A stretch of 63,033 nucleotides of DNA, counting the filler, from Stramenopiles sp. TOSAG23-6 (taxonomy: Eukaryota): assembly GCA_900128565.1 (NCBI GenBank). It is 12 parts of 12 records of this genome, joined end to end, with 100 filler letters (N's around TTAATTAATTAA, not from the genome) between each part and the next. Parts side by side here need not be neighbours in the genome. Positions count along the whole stretch, not along the records: positions 36,894 to 42,044 come from LT636965.1; positions 42,145 to 47,295 come from LT636966.1; positions 47,396 to 52,545 come from LT636967.1; 9 more parts are not named here. The stretch is one strand, 5' to 3'. Below the pieces are notes generated by a model. The model worked only from the letters and a program-made list of their open reading frames with translations, was not told where the DNA came from and searched no databases. The position numbers and the translations under genes were made by a program. Of the stretch, positions 36,928-49,175 are shown piece by piece. How positions within the stretch are numbered: position 1 is the first letter of the stretch; the number at the start of each line of letters is the position of its first letter.

Positions 36928-37641
36928 TGCTCGATCGGAACGAATGAAACAAATCAATAAGGCAATAAAAGAGCAAAGAAAAGCCATGATTAGGGAGGAG
37001 AATATGTACGTCTTTATTGTGAATTTTTTATCTAAATGTTTTTTAAAAACATTTTGTACCTAACGAGTTTCGAATTTAATTTTTTTTCACAATACATCCG
37101 TCGTGATAAATGGAAAAATAATTTAACATTAGAAAGGGACATCACACCTGGTCCAGGAAAATATTCTTTGCCCGATCTTACTACACAAGTAGCAGGTGGG
37201 ACTTGGTCTCGAACCGCAGTAAAGAGTGAATTTGAAGAAATTGAATATCGAGGTAGAAATATTCCTGGTCCTGGCCATTATGGAATGTTAAAGTCATGTA
37301 TTGAACCAAAAGGGGGAATTATTGCTAGAAGATGTCCAGGTCAATTGGATATCATGTTAAAACGAGCAGCTGAGACACCAGGTCCTGGTCAGTATCAGCC
37401 AAGAGAGATTGAAAGTAATAANCCTCAAGCTTTTGCTAAATTTAAAACTCCAGGAATGTTAGATCAAGCCATTAGAAACTCAAGAGATGTCCCCGGNCCA
37501 GGAATGTACCAAACTTCGGATATGCCAACAGCAAAAGCAAAGGAAGTNTTACGAATGAAAGCAGCAACTAGACAAATAGTACAATCTGCTTTAAAGAAAA
37601 ATGGTAGGGGACGTCGGCGTCCTAGTACTGCCGCTTATTAG
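36928..37641 (+). CDS. SHIPPO/ODF3-like PGPG-repeat flagellar protein; 5'-partial. Intron 37006-37097 (GT-AT)
   Basis: TPGPGKY, IPGPGHY, TPGPGQY, VPxPGMY. Confidence 0.8.
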
Positions 37642-37777
37642 TAAATATAGTATTCTTGTTACATATAACTTTCTTTTTTATATGATATGATATGACATAA
37701 TAAAACACAGATAATAAAAATGAATCANAAAAAACGATTTTTTAAAAGTATTTTATTTTTGAGATGTAGAGAAATCT

Positions 37778-40711
37778 TCAAACTTGGACTTTAGGGTTAG
37801 TATCATCATTATTTACTTCTTTGGAAGGTGTTACCGCCGCTACCTTCTTTGCATCATTCAACATTTTTGCAATTCTCTCTTCTGATGTTAAGCGCGAGAT
37901 TTCTATCGTTTCAGGTTTCATTTTCCTTCGATATTGTAATCTTTTTTCAATCCGTTTTGGAATGCTATTTTCATCGATACAATGCTTCATATTGATTATA
38001 TTACCTCTGCGTTGTGCTGCTGAAAACAATCTTGACATATGCGCTTGCATCATTGTTATTCGTTGTTTATTTGCCTTATGAGAAGATCGAGCGCGAGTTC
38101 CAGGTCGCGAACCTTTTTTAGTGAATGAAGCTTGGTCAAGAGGAGACCACCCACGGAGAGTGATTTCTACATCCAATTTCGGCCACCTTTGTTCGAATTG
38201 AGGGAGAGGATCAAGCATATCTTTTGTTGGAAGAATTGCTAACGTCTGCTTCTTNGTGACAGCTATGCGCGTTTCAGACACGCGGCGTATTGGTTCTGTA
38301 ACTATGTTGTGCCACTCTTTATCAGCAGCATCTTGACCGCGTTGTTTAAATATACGATCATATCTTTGTTCTGCCGTTGAAACTTTCATTGCTGAAACTG
38401 CCATTAGTGCTGCTATTTTATTACCATGACCAGCTGTATAAGATGCTCGTACTGCATCTCTTTGTTTCGGTTGCATTTTNGTAGAATTCTTACTATATCT
38501 TTTCATAATTGGATCTATTTTAGCCATATAAGCATCAATTTCTTTATCACCTATAATATTTGTTTTTGGTCTCCAAATAATACCGTCTAGTTCATTTGCG
38601 AGTTTTTGTAGTGCTTCTTTCTTTTCTGCTTTTAATTTTAATTGTTCTTCGTTTTTTTCTGCATCTGNTATTCCCAAAGATTTTGACGCCTTTTGGTCCC
38701 ATGCTTCTTGTGCTGCATTAGCCAATTCGCTTAGTTTTAGTGTAGCTATACCCATTTTTAGTCCTTTTTTTCCTTGCGGTTGCATTAATCGGAATTCGAA
38801 AGTAATATTTTCAAGTCGAGATTTCAACTTATTACTATAGACAACAAAGGATTCATTCCAAAGAATGTTGTTATTGATATCTNTCAAATTAGTCATTGGA
38901 GATATCCTTGTTTTATGCTCGATTTTTTTGTGGCCTAATAATACTGTATGAATATACGGCGAACTAAATGGATTTGTTGTCTCTGTTTCTGGGTTTTGAT
39001 CATGACCATACAAATTTGACGCTGATCTGATTTTTATCCATAATTCAAATCCTTTTTCACTCGGTGTTGTCCCATCGAATAGTCGCTCACGGCTTAACCC
39101 TTCCCGGTGTTTCATTCGGTCATAGTATGACATTCCTCTTCGCTCAGCTTCAATTTTATATTTTGGTTTATCCTCAACTGACATCCTAAGACAGTTCTGT
39201 CGCGCACGCTTTCGGTTTAACTTTAATATATGTAAGTGTCCCCTCCTGTATTCATCTACTTTTCTAAGACGTAACTTTTTAGCTCTTACTAATGCAAATG
39301 CTTGGTCTTCTTGGAAACGCAAGTCANACACTGTTTTTTCCATTTTCTCATGTTTTTCTTTTTCCATGTTTAACTCTGCTTCCAACTTTTTATACCGTTT
39401 AAAAATTTTATCTTTCAAATGAACTTTTTTATCCAAGTGTACATTTTCAGACTTAAGTTCTTCNAGTATATGTTCGAGTATTCCAATGTCATCATGGTAG
39501 TCTATCTTCTTTTGTCTTAGTTCCATCTCTTCCTGATTTAATTTCTTAATTTCTTCTGCAGTTGCTAGATATCCTTCTTGTTGCGTATTAAATCGTAATT
39601 TACTTTTCAACATTCTTTTTTCAGCTATTGTTGTGTTTTTCTCTTCTTTAATTCTTGTTTGAACAGATAAATCAAGTTTCTCCTTGAGTCTCTTCAACTC
39701 AGTATCCAAGGCNAAAGAGTCAGCAAGCATTTTTTGTTTNGTTTTTTCATCCTCGAGACCTACTTTCTCGGCTCGCCGTACAGTAGATGAAAATGGCACT
39801 TTTTTTCCATTTTCATTTGTGTAAATATATGAATCCAATGTTTGCTGCAATACTTTCCTAAATAGTTCTTGACTATTTTTTTCATTCGGTGATAAGTATT
39901 GTGAAAAAATATTTTTTTTAGTAAAAAAATCGTTAGGTACAACATTTCGTATGAAAACAAAATTTGAAATGGTTAAAAAAAANTCAATTTTGAAAACGTA
40001 CAAACAGTTTTCTATATAATAACTTAAAAAGTCGAAACATGCTAGAGTTCGTGCTATAGCTTCGTTCTCGCTCGACAAATCATTTTCATATGTTTTGCAG
40101 TATTCAATGGTGTCTCCGAGTGAAGTTGTCTCTGATAATAAAGACGATTTCAAAGAACATTTGACTATGCCTTCTTTTTTTCTTCGTTCTGAACGTAAAG
40201 TTTTAGTACCAATATANGGAAAGTCNTTATAATTATTTTCTAAAACATCTGAAGAAATATTTAGATTTTGTGAATGAGGTTCCTTTAAAGGTATCTTTAA
40301 AGGTATCTTTAAAGGTATCTTTAAATCTTGAAACCTTGATTTCAAAAATGTGTGAAATGTTTTTAATAAATCTTCATCTGGTGGAAGATACTGCCATACA
40401 GGTACTTCATCTTCTCTTGGACGCTGATTATTTACNGCATTTGATGTATTCGAAGGAAGTGAACGATTCAAAAATGATTTCCCCCATTCCAAACGTTTTT
40501 CTAGTGTATTTAAAACAGGTTCTCGAAGTTTTGGCTTCACTGGAAGTGAATGTCCAAGAGCTTGGCGAACTACAAAAGCAGCTGGAGCTGAATTAGTAGA
40601 AGTATTGTCTGTTTTTTTGCGAGATGCACTTCTACGAGCAGCAGATTTTGTAGCGTCTGAATCGATCAGATTTCCTGATGATTCTGTGCGTATACTTGGT
40701 AGGCGAAGCAT
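37778..40711 (-). CDS. Coiled-coil and C2-like domain protein. In-frame family intron 40001-39894 (GT-TT)
   Basis: 980-aa ORF; ELWIKIRSASNL..SSPYI..ILWNESF is C2-like; the F-rich stretch YVFKI..RNVVPN..FSQY is a translated intron. Confidence 0.65.
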   Translation of the reverse strand: MLRLPSIRTESSGNLIDSDATKSAARRSASRKKTDNTSTNSAPAAFVVRQALGHSLPVKPKLREPVLNTLEKRLEWGKSFLNRSLPSNTSNXVNNQRPREDEVPVWQYLPPDEDLLKTFHTFLKSRFQDLKIPLKIPLKIPLKEPHSQNLNISSDVLENNYXDFXYIGTKTLRSERRKKEGIVKCSLKSSLLSETTSLGDTIEYCKTYENDLSSENEAIARTLACFDFLSYYIENCLYVFKIXFFLTISNFVFIRNVVPNDFFTKKNIFSQYLSPNEKNSQELFRKVLQQTLDSYIYTNENGKKVPFSSTVRRAEKVGLEDEKXKQKMLADSXALDTELKRLKEKLDLSVQTRIKEEKNTTIAEKRMLKSKLRFNTQQEGYLATAEEIKKLNQEEMELRQKKIDYHDDIGILEHIXEELKSENVHLDKKVHLKDKIFKRYKKLEAELNMEKEKHEKMEKTVXDLRFQEDQAFALVRAKKLRLRKVDEYRRGHLHILKLNRKRARQNCLRMSVEDKPKYKIEAERRGMSYYDRMKHREGLSRERLFDGTTPSEKGFELWIKIRSASNLYGHDQNPETETTNPFSSPYIHTVLLGHKKIEHKTRISPMTNLXDINNNILWNESFVVYSNKLKSRLENITFEFRLMQPQGKKGLKMGIATLKLSELANAAQEAWDQKASKSLGIXDAEKNEEQLKLKAEKKEALQKLANELDGIIWRPKTNIIGDKEIDAYMAKIDPIMKRYSKNSXKMQPKQRDAVRASYTAGHGNKIAALMAVSAMKVSTAEQRYDRIFKQRGQDAADKEWHNIVTEPIRRVSETRIAVXKKQTLAILPTKDMLDPLPQFEQRWPKLDVEITLRGWSPLDQASFTKKGSRPGTRARSSHKANKQRITMMQAHMSRLFSAAQRRGNIINMKHCIDENSIPKRIEKRLQYRRKMKPETIEISRLTSEERIAKMLNDAKKVAAVTPSKEVNNDDTNPKVQV

Positions 40712-41003
40712 TTTACTCAATGAACTATTTCTCCTGGACCCATTTTTAGTTTAAAAGCTTTATAGTTGTATAAGTAACTACCTCACAGAAGTAGTTGTTA
40801 TAAACGATATATAAGTGTAACTGTGATCAATACCAGGCCAGGGTCCGTTTTTTAGAGAGCGAGTTTTTTTGAATCGAACAAAAGTCGAAGGTGTATCCTT
40901 TGTATCCGCTTACTCTCTTCGGGATCTTTTGAGAGGAACGGTACAAAGAAGCTTCTAATTGTTGATAAAGATTGGATTCCAAAAGAGCCATATCTTGCCA
41001 AGT

Positions 41004-42044
41004 ATGGAAAAAATACATGTAAAAATGCCTAAAATGCCTCTGGTCAAGAAGAATCCTCATAGCNATCTTCTACGCTCAAGCCTTTTTCTCGCAATTCTTG
41101 GAGTCTTTGCNGTCACTTTGACTTTTCACTCATTCTCTCCGAGTACGGCCGATAGCTCTTCAGCTGGTCTTCGTCGGCTTGAATCCACTACAGAACTTAC
41201 TTCGGGTGTTACTCTCACTACGGAAGTTACTTCGGATGTTGCCGCTTCAGTCGTAAGGCAGACTGACTCAGACTTTGCATGTCCTTCGGGGTCATCGGTC
41301 GCTCTCGATGTTACACTCACTTCAACGTCGACCGTTTCACAGAAAAAATTGCAGAATTGTTCCTCTATAATAAGCCTGACAATAACATCAAGCACACTTA
41401 CCAAAATTGACAAGAAAGCGTTTAAAAATTGCTCGAATTTGGAAAGCGTTGATTTATCTGGATGCACTTCNCTTAAAAAGATTAAAAAAAAGGCATTTAA
41501 AGGTTGCGGTAAGCTTAGCGACTTTCAATTCCCTGGATCTCTTACAGGAGTATCAAAGTATGCTTTTGACGATACTTGTTTTGAAGGCGAGGACGACACA
41601 GCTAAATTAAATGACGCCGTATTTGTTGATTGCCAAGAATACGTTGCGACTGTGACTCCGGCACCAACACCTGCACCAACTGCAGCGCCAACACCTGCAC
41701 CAACTGCAGCGCCAACACCAGCACCAACTGCAGCGCCAACTGCAGCACCAACATCAATAACTTGCGACAAGGGCGAGTATGCAGAAAATGGTGAGTGTAA
41801 TGAGTGTGGTGCTGGTAAGTACTCATCTTCATCTGGTGCAAGCAAATGCACAGATTGTCCAGCGGGAGCGTACAGCGACGAAGGTGCAAGTGAGTGTGAT
41901 CTTTGTCCGGCAGGAACGGCAAACATCTCGACTGGTGGCCATGCAAGTGATTGTGAAGAATGTGCTATAGGAAAATACAGTAGTTCAGCTGGAGCTTCTG
42001 TCTGTACTGATTGTTCTACTGTGACAACAACAGGCGCTACTTCC
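41004..42044 (+). CDS. Surface protein: signal anchor, BspA-like LRR (LRR_5), TPAPT mucin repeats and GCC2/TNFR-like Cys repeats; 3'-partial
   Basis: LTKIDKKAFKNCSNLESVDLS; TPAPTPAPTAAPT; CTDCPAGAYSDEGASECDLCPAG. Confidence 0.82.
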
Positions 42045-42144
42045 NNNNNNNNNNNNNNNNNNNNNNNNNNNNNNNNNNNNNNNNNNNNTTAATTAATTAA
42101 NNNNNNNNNNNNNNNNNNNNNNNNNNNNNNNNNNNNNNNNNNNN

Positions 42145-42318
42145 TTACTACAAGGTATTGAAGCACCATCAATCGTACTACCTAATGGTGATGCATTTAT
42201 TTGTGAATTAGGGAAATTACCCAAACCAATTGTTTTACAAGAGAATCAAAATTGTGAAAGTATTCTTGTTAAAAATGTAAGTGTAGGCTGGCAACATTCA
42301 TGTATCATTGCGAATTAA
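42145..42318 (+). CDS. RCC1-repeat protein, C-terminal fragment
   Basis: Open frame ending PKPI..VKNVSVGWQHSCIIAN*. Confidence 0.55.
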   Translation, partial: LLQGIEAPSIVLPNGDAFICELGKLPKPIVLQENQNCESILVKNVSVGWQHSCIIAN

Positions 42319-42415
42319 TTGTTAAATATATTTATTTATGAAATATTAAGTAAAAAATCTTACTTACATTGAACTTTCATTGATTGAATACTCCTCAACT
42401 TCACCCTTCGCTGTA

Positions 42416-45400
42416 CTAAGATCCATTTTCACTTCGTTTGCGTAATCGTTTCTTTAGTAGACCAATTTCTTCATCGGCCTTTTTCATTGATGCGTCTGGA
42501 TTTGAGCCTCTTTCCCAAGTTTTTTTAACAATACCGTCAATTTCTCCCAAGAACTGCTCATGTCGTAACTGAGATGATCCACTCAGTTTTTCAAGATCCT
42601 CGTGTAATGTACGCACAGATTCTTCCAATCGTCCACATACTCCATTGCCCTTTCTATCATATATCAAACTGAGATGTTTGTGATTAATCGCAGCGGCGCG
42701 TTTTAAACCACTTAAAATAGATGATGAATCCGAGTCGTCAAAATTCCTACGTTTTTTTTTCGATTTTGAATTCGCTTTTTCGGCGTCTTCAACCAATAAA
42801 GTCTTTGCTCGTTGAATAGTCTTTAATCGTTGAATACTTTCTTCAGCATTTGTATTCGAATTAGTTTGTTGAATAATACCCGTCGAATTATTTTCTCCGT
42901 CTATCCCTGAAAGAGCTAACTGTGCTGTCAATTGTGCAATTTTATTTGGAAACTCCTCAGCAGCTGCGGTCACACCATCTTGCCACGCTTCCTGAATAGT
43001 TATCTTTGCAATCGCTTGTAATGGTCCAACAGTAGGACCATTACTATCAAGTGCTCCACATATTGCTTTACTCGAAGCGGTATGAAACGAATTGTGTGTC
43101 GCTTTTTTAGCACTGCTATTAATATCGGTACCTGGTGTACCAAAATCTGTCCACTGATTTCGCACAATACTTCGCATACTCTTTGTTATTTGACTTTGAG
43201 ATGATTCCATTTCTTGAACAATGGCTTTTCTAAGAACTTCATCTAGACATTTATGAAGAGATACATCAATTGTATCAATCAATGGACGACCCATCACCTC
43301 AACGACAGCTCTATGTACTGCCTTTTCTGCAGGACCTCCGATATTTAATGTGACATCAACTGCTTTAAGCATTTCATTGCCAATTGTTTTTTGAAGTTTA
43401 CGTTGTACAGATGTCTCTAATGCCGCAGATACCGTCTCTTCCACAGTTGTTTCTAATGAACCTTTCAGTGCAGATTGAAGAGATTTGTCTATGGCTGTGC
43501 TCATAGATCCCAGTACAATATGTGACATTCTTGCAGAGACTTGTGCAGTCATGCGTTTAGTTCCAGCACCAGCTAATGCGTCTTCTGCACCTCCTTTGGC
43601 TGCTTCTTTTACCGCATTTTCAAGATGCTTTTCCACTACTCGCGATACAATTGCTAATGTTGGGGCCGTAATGTCAACACTAGATTTGCTCGACATTGCA
43701 CCATCTACAGCGGTAGTCATTGCCAAATTTAGTCTTTCGCCAAATGTATTGCTCCTTTTTAGATCCAATGCATCAGCAATCGCATTTCCAGCACATGTGC
43801 GCAAAATTTTCTCAACTGAGCCTTTCAATGATTTTTCCATTATATCTTTGACAGTTGTTTCTATAGTATTATGCAATGTTTCCTCCACTAGATGTTTTAC
43901 TGTCAGGGACAATGTATCTTGCATAGTTGCATCTACTGCACTCTCCATGGTTGTTGCCACAGCTTCTTGCACAGACTTTTCAAGCTTACTTCGCACTGCA
44001 ACATCCATAGCATTTTTCATTGTCTCAGTAACAGCCTCCGAAAGTGTATTATTGACTAGATTGTTCAATGTACTACCCATACTGTGTTTTAATGTGGAAA
44101 CCATTGTTGTTCGAAGTGTCTGCAATGCTTCTCTTTGAACAACTTCCTGGGAATATTCTTTCGTAGAATCATCCAATGCAGTTTCAAAACCTCGTTGAAC
44201 TGACATTTGTAAACCCGAGTCAATACCATCACGAAGAGCTTGTTTCATCGATGCACTAAATACGACACGCAGTTCATCGTCAAGACTACCATTTGTCACT
44301 TCTTCGTCAAATGCATTCTGCAACGACGAGCTAAGAGCACGTTGTACCGTTCCATCCAAAGCTTTTTCGATTCCACTTGAAATACTTTCGCGGAATTGAT
44401 TGCCAAAGGACATTACTGCTGCAGTATCATTATAAGTGTTCCGTGAAATGGCTGCTTCAACTAAAGACTGTACAGTGGATGCTGTCGCAACTTTATCGAT
44501 AGCAGCTGCTGCCATATCTACTGCTTGTTTCTGCCCAATTTGAGCAATTGTGTCCGCCACTAGCGAACTCATCGATTCACATGTTAATTTAGTTATTGTC
44601 GATTCCATACCCTCAGATCTCAAAACTTCTTTTGCTGCATATGCTGCAGTAGTCTCAATATTACCAACACTACTTTCGAGTGCTCGAGACAATTCATCCA
44701 ATCTACCCAACACAGATTTCAAATCAATGTTTTCTGCTTTACTAGTCATATTATTAGACTTCACTTTATGGTCTTGATCTATTCGTATAGATGTTGGAGT
44801 ACTACTTGAAGTATGTTCAATTTGTTTATTAGCAGCTGTTGACAAAGCCGTTAGTCTCTTGTGCAAGATACCAAGTCCATATTCTAATTTACCAGTTAAT
44901 ACCATTAATTCTTGCTTTTTCTTTGGATTTGTTTTCATTCGAGAGCCAGCGGTTCGTTCAAGTTCTTCAATTGCAACACGCATACTCGAAATTTCCTTTG
45001 TATAATCTCCCGGCTTCGCACCTACTTCAACAATCACTCTATTACTAACTTTTCCGCCAGATGGATTTAAAACTTTAGGTGTTTTTAGCGTTGTAACTTT
45101 TGTTTTTGGAATTTTTATGTTTCCTACGTGTTTTACAAGTTTGTGATGATTATCTAAAATTGACAAAGATATTTGTTGTGTTTTATTCCTCATATCTTTT
45201 AATAACTGCTCATTTCCTTTATCAANNNNNNNNNNNNNNNNNNNNNNNNNNNNNNNNNNNNNNNNNNNNNNNNNNNNNNNNNNNNNNNNNTGGGCATATT
45301 ATTTGAAGTATTATAAGGTAAATTCATAAGGGTCTTTTTTGTTTTTTCCTCATCAGGAATAAGATTTGAATAATCTATATCAACTTGCCGTTCTTGTATT

Positions 45401-46677
45401 ATTTTTTGAATCAGATCCAATTTCTTTTCTAGTGTTGTTTTCATCTTGAAAAATTCTTCTTTAAATACAGTCATATCGGGCATAGACATTACGTTGATAC
45501 TCTCTGGAGAATCATCTTCAGAAGTAGCGCTTACTTGACTGTTCAGTATATTGTCTCCTATGATACTTTTATTATTATTTTCCCCAGGTAAATCAACACC
45601 AAGAGTTTTATTCATCTTTGGCTTACCATTTCTCATAATAGTATTTCTAAATTTAGACACTACGCTTTCCTTGCTCATTCGCATCTCTAGAGCTCTATTA
45701 TTTTTTTCAATATTTTGTGTCATTTTCATGTGACGTTTTAGTAAGTTTGCGTGTTCATCTTTCATTACATTTAAATCCGCAACTATCAATTTTGTGTTTT
45801 GAGTGTACTCAACTTTGAGATCCATTAATTGTCTCGAAAGTTTTTCGTTTTGTAGAGTTGTCTGTTCTATCATTTTTAAAAACATACTTTCGATACTAGA
45901 TGGCACTTCACCAGAAATTCCATTTTTATTGGCATCATTTATATCAGATTTTGATTCTAACTTAGTCTCCAGTATAGGACCAAAAAAGGGATCGAATAAA
46001 GTCGTGATTTCACCATCATTGTGTTCAGAGCTGGCCTTTTGTTTTACATGAGATTGTGTATCTACACGCGAGCCCCATCCTGCAGATTTTTGATCAGCCG
46101 CAGAACTAACTAATTCGTTGTAGACTGACGCCGCTGCAGGTAATCTTTCCTTGGCAGAAGGCGGGCGGCGTTTTGCCGCTGAAAAATCTTTATCCCATTG
46201 TTTTCTTGCTTTCATTTTTCTATTCTCTAACCGCTTATTATTTTGTTCTCGTTCGTACCATGATGGGTCAGAAGATGATGTGGGCTGCCAATCAAGAGAA
46301 TGCTTTACACGTCTTGATTTGGGGCGTAGTAGAAGATAATCTGCTTTTGGATTACGATTGTCTATTCGTGTGTCACCTCGTGAAGTCACAACAATTCCAG
46401 GCTTTGGTGAGTAAATTCCAGGCGACTTGTATGCGTGACGCATTTTTTCAATAGACTTTTCCATATTTGCATTTTCTTCATCTTATATCTTTTGCCTAAT
46501 TTTTCTCTGTGCTGCAGTAGCACCAACGGCATTTCTATTTGGGAAGTTGACAGGTGCACTCGTATCCATAAGGCTATTGCCGGGTCCCATTTTGGCAGAA
46601 GTTGAAGTTACCGAATTTAAGCGATCTTTTTGAAATTTTAATTGTCTTTTCCACGCTTCCTTTTGCCAAGACTGCAT
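42416..46677 (-). CDS. Very large intronless alpha-helical hypothetical protein; in-frame TAA at 46485-46483 and an N gap at 45226-45290
   Basis: Three consecutive same-strand ORFs; the first two are in frame across one TAA, and the frame is open across the gap. Confidence 0.6.
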
Positions 46678-47395
46678 CGTTGAAATTAAAAAAGTCTGTG
46701 AGAGTACAGAAAAGATAATGAGGTAAACAAAGTGAGACAAACTTTTTTTTGTTGTAACGGCGGTACGTTAATTAATTTTTTAAAACACGAAATAATAAAA
46801 AATAAAAAAAAAAAAACGTAGAGGGGGGGTCATTCAAGCCTTTTTTATCCTCGCACCATGCGCCCGTCGCAGTATTATATGAGAGGGGTAGTCTCCATAG
46901 AATTTTGAAAAAAAAAAATCGTCAAATTTATTAAATTTATTTAATGAAATTAAATAGACGAGTTTCTTCGTGGTACTCCCCTTATATCCAATTTTTCATT
47001 TTTCAAGATTATGAAAAGTAGTGACACTCAAAAAAACTCAAAAAAACTCAAAAAAACTCAAAAAAACATTTCCTATTTTTGAGCAGTTACTGGAGTAGTA
47101 ATAGATTTCAAATGGCAGTTATTTTTATCATATCTTTTGATCTCTTGATTTTCTTTTTTAAATAAATTGTATGAGTACAAATGAATTAAACTTAAAAAAA
47201 TATTTTTGATATAGTATAAATTTATTTTTAGAACATTCAATCAAAAATAACAGTACAAACAAAAAGTATTGATTATTTTCACCGCCAAGAAGAATNNNNN
47301 NNNNNNNNNNNNNNNNNNNNNNNNNNNNNNNNNNNNNNNTTAATTAATTAANNNNNNNNNNNNNNNNNNNNNNNNNNNNNNNNNNNNNNNNNNNN

Positions 47396-48125
47396 TTTTT
47401 AGTGCTTCTTTTTTTAGTGCTTCTTTTTTTAGTGCTTCTTTTTTTAGTGCTTCTTTTTTTAGTGCTTCTTTTTCAGCTGCTTCTTTTTCAGCTGCTTCTT
47501 TTTCAGCTGCTTCTTTTTCAGCTGCTTCTTTGTTTAGTGCTTCTTTTTCAGCTGCTTCTTTTTTTAGTGCTTCTCTTTCAGCTATTTCTTTTTCAGCTAT
47601 TTCTTTTTTTAGTGCTTCTTTTTCTTTGGAAAATACAATACACTTATTATTGCTTTGTTCAATGTCATTATCTTTTGGTTGTATAGTAATTGGTTCTATT
47701 TCGTTTTTGCTTTCTTCTTGTGCTAAAGACAATTGATTGCTTTTAGATCTATCTACCAATCGAGTTGGTGAATGTGATTTTGAATAGCTATCATTTCTTT
47801 GTCGTCCAGAGGAAGAAGAGGATGATTTCCGATGTCGACGCTTTGGTGACTTTGATGTGGAGTATGTTGAAGAGCTCTCTTTTGAATTTGAACGTCTTCT
47901 TCTTGGAGATCTTCTATTTGCTGGGGGTGTTTTTGGTGGGACTCCATATTTTTTAATCACATCTCCCAAAAGCTGATCCTCTATTCCTTTGTACATTTCT
48001 AATAACCGGTCAACAAATGCAATTTTATCAGTCAAGCCGTGCGACTCGTAAAAGTCAATTACACTGGTTTTAATCATTTTAACTTTGCTGACATGTTCAC
48101 CCTCCTCTTGTACAGTTTTTTTCAT
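47396..48125 (-). CDS. Protein with a protist 'FYxxHxxxK..VDxLLxxYxGxExxL..KKYG' domain, an SR-rich region and 15-bp EKEAA/KKEAL repeats; 3'-partial
   Basis: ORF translation; pentapeptide repeat at 47396-47615. Confidence 0.7.
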
Positions 48126-48474
48126 ACTTTTTCAAATATGTTTCAAATACTCAGGTCTATGACTCTATACTGTATGAAGAAACACACTTAATTGTTAATC
48201 ACGTGTAGAGCGTTTACTTATATTAATTTTTTCTCAGTGTACGTGTAGGGCTACTATATATATATATTCTAAAAAAATCTAAAAAAAAATGATAAAAAAA
48301 AAACGCAAAAACAACGGTTGTAAACCCTAACCCTAGGTAATTGACATCAAACACAAACCCAAAAAAACCAAAAAACGCGACTTGATCTGATCGATTGTTT
48401 TTGTTAACATTATCAATATACGTAGCTAGGTAATATTTTATTATCATTGTGTTTACAGATTACATATCATTACA

Positions 48475-48876
48475 ATGAGTGGGAAGAATGATGAAAAGAC
48501 AACGGATTCAAAAAGGCGTGAGCTTCGTACGAGAAAAGTTCGCCCATCAGCAGAATCTAAAGAGCATAAACAGCTACGAATAAAGCTGAATATATGTAAA
48601 CGCTGCGAAAAAGAAATTGCATATAATGCAAAGGAAATAATTATGCAGAAGGAGCGTTTACAGAAAATGAAAGATGAAGGTAAAGATGAGTATACACTTA
48701 AAAAGGCACAAGAGGTGGTAGATGATACAACGCAAATGATACCTGGTCTAAAAGCAAACCTAAAGAAATATGTAGAAGACTTATCAAAGTATATGTCAGA
48801 TAATGAAGAAAAGATTTCGTCTTCACCACACTACACTGATGCCAAAGCTATCGTCGAAACACTTGACACTGCCTAA
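48475..48876 (+). CDS. TBCA: Tubulin-specific chaperone A
   Basis: KQLRIKLNICKRCEKEIAY..KMKDEGKDEYTLKKAQEVVDDTTQMIP. Confidence 0.9.
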   Translation: MSGKNDEKTTDSKRRELRTRKVRPSAESKEHKQLRIKLNICKRCEKEIAYNAKEIIMQKERLQKMKDEGKDEYTLKKAQEVVDDTTQMIPGLKANLKKYVEDLSKYMSDNEEKISSSPHYTDAKAIVETLDTA

Positions 48877-49175
48877 AAACCTAAAAATAAAAAAGATAAC
48901 AAAAATATAATGTTTTCATATATATATATAGAGAGAGAGATGTNATCGNTTTTTNAATGTCTANANTTTATAGAATTCATCTGTTGCCTTCTTTTTTATT
49001 CATAGATTTCCATAGATTCCATCCCTTTTCTTTTTTTTTTCCTAACTTTCAAAATTTTCAATATTTTCAATGGTACGACATCTCGTAGTATATATAATAA
49101 ACACTAGCTACTGTAGCTAGAATGTAGTAGTACTGAATATTTAATACATGAATATTTCACAACTTTTTATGTTTT

